From Utricularia gibba (taxonomy: Eukaryota > Plantae > Magnoliophyta): a stretch of 64,000 nt of DNA. Both the position numbers and the translations under genes were made by a program. This document shows, in pieces, positions 1 to 11,501 of this stretch. Position 1 is the stretch's first letter; each line of letters begins with the position of its first letter. The stretch is from contig NEEC01000025.1 in assembly GCA_002189035.1 (NCBI GenBank), forward strand, positions 1 to 64,000. Reading direction: 5' to 3'. Below the pieces are notes generated by a model. That model searched no databases, was not told the DNA's origin, and was given only the letters and a program-made list of their open reading frames with translations.

Positions 1-2788
1 GATTATCTTATGCTAGCGTTCAGTTGTGCAATGAAGTGGCCACGGCGTTCGCGACGATGCGACTCGGTACACCCGACTCGATGCGAATGTGATTTTCGGC
101 ATGGAAAACAAATGTATCTCATGGGATGATGTGAAATTTTGGTTTTCGAGATGATCATTAAAGATGCAATAGGTGTGTCTCTAGCCACAACCTCATGGTG
201 GCCTTGTACACTTTTCGGTATCGAGTGGATATCATTCAAACCGTGTTGAGTCATGTTGCACATGGCGAACCATTTCAAAGCTCGTTCCGAGCCGGTCATC
301 TTTGGTGTTGAGAACTTGTTCGTCCGAGGATATAGAAATGCTCGAAAGATTGCCTTATATCAGCCTTAAGTTGTGCAACGAAGTGGCCACCACGTTCGCG
401 ACGATGCGACTCGGGACACCCGACTCGATGCTAATGTGATTTTTCGCCATGCAAAACTAATGTATTTCATGGGACGATGTGAAATTTCGGTTTTCAAGAC
501 GATCATTTAAGATACCATGGTGTGTTCCTGGCTAAAACCTCATGGTGACCTCGTGAACCGTTCGGTATCGAGTCGATATCTTGTAAATCGTGCTGAGTCA
601 CGGGGCACACGACATACCGTTTCGAAGCTCGTTCCGAGCTGGTCATCTTTCGTTTTGACAACTTGTTAGTCCGAGGATCAACCATTGCTCGAACCTTTTC
701 CATATATTACCGTTTAATTGTGCAATGAAGTGGCCACCGCATTCGCGATGATGTGACTCCGGACACCCGACTCGGCGAGAATATGATTTTCGGCATTCAA
801 TACATATGCATTTCATGGGACGATGTGTAATTTCGGTTTTCAAGACGATCATTTAAGATGCCATGGGTGTGTCCCTAGCCACAACCTCATGGTGACCTCG
901 TGCACCGTTCGTTATCGAGTCGATATCTAGCAAATCGTGATGTGTCACAGGGCACACGGCATACCGTTTCGAAGCCTGTTCCGAGCTGGTCATCCTTCGT
1001 TTTGACAACTTGTTCGTCGAGGATTAACCATAGCTCGAACGATTGCCTTATATTAGCCTTTCATTGTGCAACGAAGTGGAAACCACGTTCACGACGATGC
1101 TACATGGGAAAACAGACTCGACGCAAATGTGATTTTCGGCATGCAAAACATATGCATTTCATGGGACGATGTGTAATTTCGGTTTCCAAGACGATCATTT
1201 AACATGGCATGAGTGTGTCCCTTGCCACAACCTCATCGTGGCCGCGTAGACTGTTTGATATCGAGTCGATATCTTGCAAACCGTGATGAGTCACGGGGCA
1301 CATGGCATACCGTTTCGATGCTCGTTCCGAGCTGGTCATCTTTCATGTTGACAACTTGTTCATCCGAGGATTAACCATAGCTCGAACGATTGCCATATAT
1401 TACCCTTTAATTGTGCAACGAAGTGGCCATTCGCGACGATGTGACTCGGGACACCCGACTCGGCGAGAATATGATTTTCGGCATGCAAAACATATACATT
1501 TCATGGGACGATGTGAAATTTAGGTTTCCAAGACGATCATTTAACATGCCATGAGTGTAACCCTAGCCACAACCTCATCGTGGCCATGTAGACTGTTCGG
1601 TATCGAGTCGATATCTTGCAAACCATGATGAGTCACGGTACACACGGCATACCGTTTCGAAGCTCGCTACGAGCAGGTCATCTTTCGTGTTGAGAACTTG
1701 TTCATCCGAGGATGCACCAGAGCTCGAAAGATTTCCTTATGTTAGTCTTCGGTTGTGCAACGAAGTGGCCACCACGTTCACTACGATGCTACATGGGAAA
1801 CTAGACTCGACGCGAATGTGACTTTTGGATTGCAAAACATATGCATTTCATGGGAGGATGTGAAATTTTGGTTTCCAAGACGATCATTTAACATGCCATG
1901 AGTGTGTCCCTAGCCACAACCTCATCGTGGCCGCGTAGACTGTTCGGTATCGAGTCGATATCTTGCAAACCGTGATGAGTCACGGTGCACACGGCATACC
2001 GTTTCGAAGCTCGTTACGAGCAGGTCATCTTTCGTGTTGAGAACTTGTTCATCCGAGGATGCCCCAGAGCTCGAAAGATTGCCTTATATTAGTCTTCGGT
2101 TGTGCAACGAAGTGGCCACCACGTTCACTACGATGCTACACGGGAAACCAGACTCGAGGCGAATGTGACTTTCGGATTGCAAAACATATGCATTTCATGG
2201 GATGATGTGAAATTTTGGTTTCCAAGACGATCATTTAACATGCCATGAGTGTGTCCCTAGCCACAACCTCATCGTGGCCGCGTAGACTGTTCGGTATCGA
2301 GTCGATATCTTGCAAACCGTGATGAGTCACGGTGCACACAGCATACCGTTTCGAAGCTCGTTACGAGCCGGTCATCTTTCGTGTTGAGAACTCGTTCGTC
2401 TGAGGATGCACCAGAGCTCGAAAGATTGCCTTATATTAGCCTTCAGTTGTGCAACGAGGTGGCCATAATGTTCGCGACGATGTAACTCGGGACACTCAAC
2501 TCGACGCGAATGTGACTTTCGGCATGCAAAACATATGCATTTCGTGGGACGATGTGAAATTTCGGTTTCCAAGACAATCATTTTAGATGCCATGGGTGTG
2601 TCCCTAGCCACAACCTCATCGTTGCCGTTCGGTATTGAGTCGATATATTGCAAATCGTGATGAGTCATGGTGTGCACGGCATACCGTTTCGAAACTTGTT
2701 GTGAGCCGATCATCTTTCGTGTTTAGAACTTTTTCGTACGAGGATACACCAAAGCTCGAAAGATTGTATTATATTAGTCTTCGATTAT
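1..2788. repeat. Tandem satellite array, ~347-bp monomer, ~8 copies, truncated by window start
   Basis: Marker TTTCATGGGA or a close variant recurs at 117, 465, 811, 1157, 1499, 1846, 2193, 2540 (spacings 342-348). The last monomer is degenerate and similarity stops near 2788. Confidence 0.97.
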
Positions 2789-2843
2789 ACTTTTCCGATC
2801 ATAAATCGGCAACGTGCGTCGGCTTCATCGGACTGCCTTCATC

Positions 2844-2850
2844 TATAAAA
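2844..2850 (+). promoter_or_regulatory. TATA box of the Pin-II inhibitor gene
   Basis: TATAAAA 44 nt upstream of ATG 2894. Confidence 0.6.
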
Positions 2851-2893
2851 GCTCGAAATCCTGATTTTTGAAACCACCCAGAGCTCCCCCAAG

Positions 2894-3247
2894 ATGGCAT
2901 CCTCCTCCACACGTCTCTGCTTTTGCGCTTTCCTCATCCTGGGTACTGCACATTAACCTCTATCTAATCAGGTTTTCGCCTTGAGTTCGATGGATGGAAC
3001 TAACGGGTCTTCTTTTTTGTCTGTCTTTTCTTGTTGCCGTCGGCGACGAACAGCGGTCTTGGCTCAGGAATTCGACGTCGCAGCAGCGCAAAGGGTGTGC
3101 CCCCAGTTCTGCTTCGAGAATCGTGGCTACATGACGTGCCCCTCCACCGGCACCCAGAGGCTCCCGCAGGCATGCAACTGCTGCCTGGCGCGCGAGCGCG
3201 GATGCAGGATTTACGACACCAGACCCCGCTTGCTTTGCCGCGACTAG
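2894..3247 (+). CDS. Potato type II (Pin-II) proteinase inhibitor, single domain, secreted; 2 exons (2894-2942, 3054-3247)
   Basis: Signal peptide MASSSTRLCFCAFLILAVLA is split by a phase-1 GT-AG intron. Mature domain CPQFC..YMTCPSTG..CNCCLA..GC..LLC has all 8 Cys of the Pin-II pattern. Confidence 0.88.
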
Positions 3248-4012
3248 GCTCAAGCATTCCCTCAAACCCAGCCATCCTCCTTGTCTCTGATTCAGCAAAT
3301 AATGCAATAATAAGGCGCTCTGCCCTAAGTTCCTCGTCCTCCCTGTAACCGTACTGTACTGTCGTCTTTGAAGCTCGAATCTGAAGTTCAGCGTCACCTC
3401 AGTTGCTTTCTACCAAGTTTTATTACGATAAAAAAAAGAATTAAAAATATCTCATTTTAAGTATAATTATTTGATTCAATTAATTTAAATCATAAATTAT
3501 ATTGACTATATTTATTGTATTTTTTTCAATAATTTAAGGATAAATATTCAATTAGTTTCTATATAGTTTCGTAGAATGGTATTTGATAATAAATATTATT
3601 TAATTAAATTTAATAAAATATAATACATGCACAACACATAATTTATAAATTAATATACCCACGTTATTTGTTTTAGTAAGTTATTTGTTTTTTATTAAAA
3701 CAAATAAATGATATATTTGTTTTTTGAGCTGGTTTGTCGTTTTCCGGAAAATGAAATGAAAAAAAAAAAAGGAAAATGGCGTTTGTCGTGGTTCGTCGCG
3801 CAGCGTCAGCGTGGCACGGGATAGCGGCATTGGGAAAGGATCAACGCCGAGAGATGAGATCGATGTTGAGCCATGGAGGGCAAATGTGGTATTTGCGTTG
3901 CTCATCCTCTCCCTCAACTGACCCCGCTATGATCTCCGCAACGCCATTACCACATCTATTGCTCTCCCGCTCCCAGTTGCTCTGATATCTGAATCCACTC
4001 ACCCATCTGAAA

Positions 4013-7000
4013 ATGGCGACATTATCCACCGGCGCGGCGGCGGTGGTGAAACCGTGTTGCCCTTCACGAGTTACGGCTTTTATGAGTCGAAATCGGACAT
4101 CCAAGGTTTTCTTCTTGACCGTGAAGCCGTCGTTCTGCGTTAGGTGTGCTTCCAGTAATCAGATTCAGAAGGGGCGCATCCTGTTTCTGGTGAAGGTTGG
4201 GTATATATATATATATTTTTTTTTTTTTTGCGGCTGTAAAGTTGATGAACTTTTTGGGGGGTTTAGGATCGAATCTTACTGTTCTGATATTTTGGGCAGT
4301 GGACGCTGATTCTGTTGTGTCGAGCATTAAAAACCATTTGGAGTTCACGCCCTTTTTCTCTCATGATAGCTCTGGGCCTGTCAAAGCTTTCTTTGCTACT
4401 GCCCAGAGTGTGCGTGATTTACTCATTTCTAACTGGAATGCGACCTATGATGCGTATGAGAAGGTGAACGTGAAGCAGGCTTACTATTTATCGATGGAGT
4501 TCTTACAGGTTTGCTCTTCTCGGTGCTTAGAAGTGAGCGTGCGTCATGGCATTCTAATTTTTTTGTCCAATTTCAGGGCAGAGCATTATTAAACGCAATC
4601 GGTAATCTGGAACTCACTGGCGAATATGCTGAGGCTTTGAAAAAACTTGGTCACAGTCTGGAAAATGTGGCTTCTCAGGTCATATGAGTTTCCGAAATGT
4701 GGAGTAGGTTCTGTATGCAAATATTGACTTCGGTAGTTTTTAAACTTGTTTTTTGGTTTCGACAGGAGACAGATGCTGCTCTTGGTAACGGAGGACTTGG
4801 TAGACTCGCCTCCTGTTTTCTTGATTCATTGGCAACTTTGAATTATCCAGCCTGGGGATACGGGCTTAGGTACAAGTATGGATTGTTTAAGCAGAAAATC
4901 ACAAAAGATGGCCAAGAGGAGGTTGCTGAAAATTGGCTAGATGTATGGTCTCATAAATGCTTTATTTATTGCCGTAATATTAGCTTTCCCATCTGGTTTA
5001 GATGTATAGCTTTAGCTGCTTTATTTATCTGAAACAGCACAGATGCAAGTTTGATTTATCTTCTTGACTTGCTCTTTCAAGCACTTGATCCTTTCTCATT
5101 TGATTATTTGTCTCAGATTGGTAATCCATGGGAAATTGTCAGAAACGATGTCTTTTACCCTGTGAAGTTTTTCGGCAAAGTTGTGGTAGGTTCTGAGGGG
5201 AAGTGCCACTGGGTTGGTGGTGAAGATATCGTGGCTGTTGCTCATGATGTTCCCATACCAGGGTACAGAACCAAAACCACCATAAATCTTAGGTTGTGGT
5301 CGACAAGAGTGCGTTCTGATCAATTTGATTTACATGCGTTTAATGCTGGAGATCATAGCAAAGCTTGCCACGCCCAAGAAGATGCAGAAAAAGTGAGCTT
5401 ATACGCTTTTGTTTTTAATCATTTCGATTTGCAATGGCTGTTCCAACACATCAGATCCTTCCTTGTGAGATGCATCTGCATTTGTGAAACCGATATAGTA
5501 TGTTAAAACTAACTTCAAGAATTTATGCTCCTTGGATTTTCTGAAACAAACATTGTGGGGGTTTCCATGTTCTTATTTGGAAATGTTGTTTCTGGGTCAG
5601 ATATGTTATGTGCTATACCCTGGAGACTCATCCGAGGAGGGAAAAATTCTTCGTCTAAAGCAACAATATACACTATGTTCAGCTTCTCTGCAAGATATTG
5701 TCGCACGCTTTGAAAGGAGGTCAGGTGGAAATGTTCACTGGGACAAGTTTCCTGAGAAAGTTGCGGTTCAGATGAATGACACACACCCAACTCTATGTAT
5801 CCCTGAATTGATGAGAATCTTGGTTGATTTGAAGGGCGTGAGCTGGGAGGTAGCTTGGCAGATTACACAGAGGTATCTGATAGCCTCTAGAATGTCTGTC
5901 CAGTTACCATTTTAGTATTCCATTACTGCAATTTTCATTCCAGACATGTGCGTTTTTGCATATAAGATAGTGGCAAGCTTTGAAATTAAACCTCTGGCTT
6001 AAGTTTTTGCCTGAGTCCTCTGTGGCTTCCAGAACAGTGGCATATACAAATCATACAGTTCTGCCCGAGGCCCTGGAAAAATGGAGCTATGCTTTAATGC
6101 AGCGCTTACTGCCTCGACATGTTGAGATTATTGAGAGGATTGAAGAGCAGGTATGTATATGACTCTCAAATGTACAAATGGCATGTTAGTTTCTTATTGT
6201 TGTGTGCTGATGGACTGGCTTCTCTCTCATGGATTTTTCAGTTTATTGATGAAATAATATCCGAATATGGCACTTCGCAACCTGAAGTTCTGGAAAGAAA
6301 ATTAGTAACAATGAGAATTTTGGAGAATTTTGAGCTTCCTGCATCCGTTGCCAATTTGATCATCAAACCTGCTGACTTGGTAGATAAAAAAGCCAAGGAT
6401 GGCGCTGTTGAAACTCATGATAAAGAAAACTCCAAAGGAGATTCGGCCATGAAGCAAAAACCAGCAAAACCGGACCTCCCAAAGATGGTACGGATGGCTA
6501 ACCTCTGTGTTGTTGGTGGTCACGCCGTGAATGGTGTTGCTGAGATTCACAGTGATATCGTCAAGAATGAAGTGTTTAATGACTTTTACCAGGTATGTCT
6601 CGACAGGAATTCAGTTGTAGGTTTTTAAGCAAAAAAAAAAAAAAAAAACTGACAACTTTTGTTTGATGAATTTATCTTTGAAGCTGTGGCCTAAGAAGTT
6701 TACAAACAAAACAAATGGAGTCACACCTAGAAGATGGATTCTTTTCTGCAATCCCGATCTGAGTGATGTGATTACAGAATGGATCGGCACTGATGAGTGG
6801 GTTCTGAGAGCAGAGAAATTGGCTGAACTGCGGAAGGTAGAGCACACTGCTACAGGCTGATTGCGGTTTCCTTCCATTTTTTTTCTTATTTGATGCCTGG
6901 GAATTTCCTTACTAGCTTTGTGGAATAAATGGCAGTTTGCTGACAATGAGGATCTCCATAAGGAGTGGTTGGCAGCAAAAAGGAGCAACAAGGTCAAGGT

Positions 7001-8260
7001 TGCTTCACTCATCAAAAAAACAACTGGTTATTCTGTCAACCCTGATGCCATGTTTGACATTCAGGTCTCTTGATCTGTCTTCTCTTCTGTGAAATGGCTT
7101 GTGGTATTCGACTAAAACCAGATATGGGTCTTGCAGGTGAAGCGCATTCACGAATACAAGCGGCAGCTCCTAAACATCCTGGGAATCGTTTATCGCTATA
7201 AGAAAATGAAAGAAATGTCTGCAGCTGAGAGGAATGCAAAATTTGCTCCTCGGGTTTGCATTTTCGGTGGCAAGGCATTCGCCACGTACGTGCAAGCAAA
7301 GAGGATCGTGAAGTTCATTACAGATGTTGGTGCAACGATAAATCATGACACCGACATTGGTGATCTGTTGAAGGTCTGATTTCCTTTCAGTTAGAGTCCC
7401 CAACTGCTTCATCAAGAACTTCTAATACATCCATCTTTGTAGGTGGTGTTCATTCCGGATTACAATGTCAGCATTGCTGAACAGCTTATCCCCGCCAGTG
7501 AACTGTCGCAGCACATCAGGTAACCAGGTGAAGATCTGTAGACATCATCGTAGTTTTCTTGATGCTTTGTTTCCATGCCAACTTTCAGCACCGCCGGGAT
7601 GGAAGCGAGTGGAACGAGTAACATGAAATTCGCAATGAACGGTTGCATCCTGATCGGTACCCTTGATGGGGCTAATGTGGAAATCAGGGAGGAGGTTGGA
7701 GAAGACAACTTCTTCCTCTTCGGTGCTCAGGCTTCTGAAATAGCAGGACTCAGGAAAGAAAGAGCCGAAGGCAAGGTACACACACTAGTAGTTAAATTGC
7801 ACCTCTTGTAAATGTTCCAAGCATGGCTGCCACTGCATGGCGTCTTTGTCTGGTGCAGTTCGTGCCAGATGAACGGTTCGAAGAAGTGAAGAGATTCATC
7901 AGGAGCGGTGCATTCGGCCCCAACTCCTACGATGAGCTCATGGGATCCTTGGAGGGGAATGAGGGATTCGGGCGTGCAGACTACTTCCTGGTCGGAAAGG
8001 ACTTCCCCAGCTACATCGAATGCCAGGAGAAGGTCGACGAGGCGTATCGAGATCAGAAAGTAAGCGTTTTGCTTCCGTCTGCTCCACCCCATTTCATCAA
8101 GAAGCTCTCTTGCAATGAATGATTCTTCCCTGTTTTTCCGCAGAGGTGGACGAAGATGTCGATACTGAACACAGCAGGCTCCTACAAGTTCAGCAGCGAT
8201 AGAACAATCCATGAGTACGCCACCGACATCTGGAACATCCACCCTGTCGAGATCAAATAA
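4013..8260 (+). CDS. PHS1: Plastidial alpha-1,4-glucan (starch) phosphorylase, L-type; 15 exons; apparent -1 frameshift at GGGG 4171-4174
   Basis: Transit peptide; motifs [67 protein letters not shown]-like, [24 protein letters not shown]; L-type acidic insert; GT-AG introns traced. Confidence 0.96.
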
Positions 8261-9208
8261 GGGAAGCACAGGCCACCCCACCCCTGCTTTCCCCACCTCC
8301 AAATAAAGCCTGCAACTGCATTGCAGATGTACTGCCTCCGGTACTCTCCTCTCCTCTCTGAGGCTAGCATCAAAAACTTATTGAACCATTTTTGAGAGGC
8401 AAGCAATAATACAGTTTGGGATAATGCTGTGCAATATCCAGAGAACCACTTCCTTTCCTAGAACATCTGATCTGATCACAATCAACAATCGTTGTGCTCT
8501 TTGTGAGAGGAGTATGCATGCATACCTTGTTGATTTTGTCAGGATAATGGTAGGGAGAGTGAGCATGGCTGAAGAGAAACTCTGCATCTGTGTGGTGATG
8601 GTCCTGTCCTGTCTTCTTCATTCAATCCTCGTCCCACAGGCGCCATCCCTGTTGGACCAACTCATAAAGATCCCATTGAATTCAACCAGACCCCCATCCC
8701 ATTACCCTGCATCATCTCTGCCTTCAGGCTCAGGAACCCCCCATCAGGATACAGGTAACACATGGACCCTGTGCAATGGCTTGAAGAAGCTCCATCACCA
8801 GGAACATGCAGTAGCTAGGAAGTGCTGCTCCATGGTGAGAAGGATGACCCGAGTCAGGGAAAACCGGTTCACAGCTCGGTCCGACACGGTTCAGTCAAAT
8901 CCAGATACTTTGTCCTTTTCAGTCAGTCATAGAATGGAAGATGGAGTGCACTAATTTGATTATATTATTTATGGGCACGCAGGGAGATGAGGCGTTGGAG
9001 TTTGATGCAAATGTGCAGAATTAGTTCAGAAAGCTTCCCCCTCGGAGCATCGATGTCCGTACCTTTGTCCAAAAGATGGCCACGTGCGCTTTGAGTTAAA
9101 CCAGGCCTACGCTATCTTAAGGAGGAATGGTTAGCTGCATTTTCTGGGGAGTCACTGAGATCTCTTCTCCAGTACACCGGCGCCGCTGTCCTGCCATCGG
9201 AGACCACC

Positions 9209-10191
9209 ATGAAGAGCAATCAGCAGTTGAAGCTTAAAACTACCCGCGGAGCACACTCTTCTCCTGTGGCTTCTTCCGCCAATGCACGCAGTCGGTGCAC
9301 AGTCCCAACACCTCCACCCCACCGACGCTTCCGCAGGGAGTCGCACCGCCACCAGCGCCGCCGACGGCGGCTGCCGTCAAAACCCACCTTGATGAGTCGT
9401 CATCTTCGTCCTCAAACACATCCCAGAGCTTCACGCAATGGCGATTCCCCCTCAATCATATTGACAACAATGCCTCCAATTCCCATCACCAGTCGTGCGC
9501 GGGGACGCCGCCCAAGGAAGAGCAAGTGCGCATTGCTGAACGGAGCGCCGGGAATAGGAGTCTGGAGGAGCTTTTCCACGTCGCGGAGCTCCAATTCCAA
9601 TCCGGGTCTGACTCGGGGCGTTCATCCGCCGTTCAATTTCTCGAAAAATGCCTAGTCCCCGACTATCATTTCGCGGCGGAGGGATCTGTTTGCCCCCCCG
9701 GGTTGATCGCCGGAGTCGTCTCGTGTCTACGGGAAGGGGTCGGGGCCAAATCCGCAAGCAAAGTACTCCTAGCTCTGTGTCTAGTTGAGGCAAATCGACG
9801 AGTCGCGGTGGAGGCCGGTGCCGTGACAGCCATCGTGGAAGCCCTGGCGGACGCGGAGACGGCAGTGGCGGAGAGATCCCTAGCAGCCTTGGAGCTCCTC
9901 TGCACGACGGCCGAGGGGGCGGCAGAAGTAAGGGCCCACGCGTTAGCAATTCCTATGATGGTCCAGGTGATGGGGAGAATGGAAGGGAGGGGGAAGGAGC
10001 ACGCACTGAGCGTCCTCGGCGTGATCTACGGCACTTCCCCGGAGGCAGTCACGGTGGCGCCGGCGGAGGAGGTGGCGCGTGCGGTGATGTTGGCTTTGCA
10101 GGGCGATTGCAGCGCGAGAGGGAGGAGGAAGGGGGCCCAGCTGCTGAAGGTACTGCAGGAAAATGGACGGTTGGATGTGATGGAGCAGTAG
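9209..10191 (+). CDS. Intronless ARM-repeat (U-box-less PUB26-like) protein; apparent -1 frameshift at CCC 9243-9245
   Basis: Adding one C joins MKSNQQLKLKTT to PRSTLFSCGFFRQCTQSV and the 298-aa ORF with ARM repeats (LLALCLVEANRRVAVEAGAV, ERSLAALELLCT, RGRRKGAQLLK). Confidence 0.85.
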
Positions 10192-11501
10192 TTAGTGGGA
10201 AATCAAGGGCTACGATTCCCCTGTCGTGGTCAAAGCTGCTTCCAGTACACATCCAGGGGGTCCCACCACATCATCCATCAATTATTGCTCTCCATGTCAT
10301 GTCCGGATAAAAACCTAATGCTCCCCCCTCGCTTCACAACTTCTGTATATTCAAAATCCGCCCCCCTTTTTTGTCTAATTTCTAATGCTGCTGCTCATTT
10401 AGTACCTTATGATGGAAGGATTCTCGTATTTTATACAAATTCACGTACTCAATATAAAATATCTATTATAACAAAACAATCTCAAATTAGAAAATGAAAA
10501 TAAAATAATGAAATATATAAAAATTGCATAACAATAGTAATATGCTATACATAATATTTTCTAATGTGATCTATATTTATTGTATATTTAGATTTTACAT
10601 GTACTCGTTCGATCTATCAACTCTTTAATTTTAACAATATCAAATATCGATCATGTTTTTATGTGATGATATCGGTATCTAATTTTTCAAACAATTCGTT
10701 ATTTGGTATTTCGGAATCCATATAGTATTAGTAAGGAATACCCAAGGTCCACCCCTATCTGTAAGTGCTGAGAATTCATGATACCGGTCCCGTGCCCCAT
10801 GACGCACTGCATCTACTTCAGTAGTGCCCCGACTGCCAGCCACCACATTGCGGGTCCTCATGTAAGAATGCACGTTCCCAAGAAGCTTACTGGTGTAGAA
10901 GATGCTCACCTTTTACTGTGTTTACGTTTACCTGAGTCCTCTGTTGGTTTTTTTAACTGAACTTGCTGAGTTTGAGACGATGAATATCTACTTATTTTGT
11001 AGTAGGGTATTGGTAGGGATGGCGATGGAGAAAGGAGAAACTAATCAATCAGAGGTTGAAGGTAAAGTGGATCCATAAATATCATTTAGATTCAGCTGAG
11101 GAAAAGTTCATGATATTACAGATTATCTGCTACATAGAAGGTTCCGGAGGCTTCTAACGATGACTTCACTAGCTACGTGCTGCAAGCTTTCGACTATCAT
11201 CAAGGTTTGTAGGGTTTGAGGTTTATTTAGGGTTTACTGGATACACTAGAAGTATGCATGTTCAGGGATCAGGGTTTTTGTCGAACCTAGTCTTGGATTT
11301 ATGTATGAAAAAATCGAAAAAGATGGCATTTTTATTTAGAGTTGGAAGAGGCATCCATGATACATAGAGTTTGAAGTTGCTTTATACCGTCTTTCAAGCT
11401 TCAAAAGCCTGTTAGCTCTAATGACTTAATGGTACAAGTTTGAGCATTAGATGACACCTACAGCTTTGCAATGGCTGACAGAAGAGCAGCAATCCGTAAA
11501 C

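Noticed and set aside
1-2788. Regular repeat array as CRISPR or rDNA
   Set aside because: Whole ~347-bp units repeat with no unique spacers, there is no 5S/45S similarity and the context is eukaryotic.
3-2871. Several 66-113 aa ORFs on both strands in the first 2.9 kb
   Set aside because: They are translations of satellite monomers, recur with the repeat period and are broken by stops in different places.
8555-8565. GAGAGTGAGCA, partial match to miR156
   Set aside because: Only 11 nt match, the 5' TGACAGAA part is missing and no precursor fold-back is evident.
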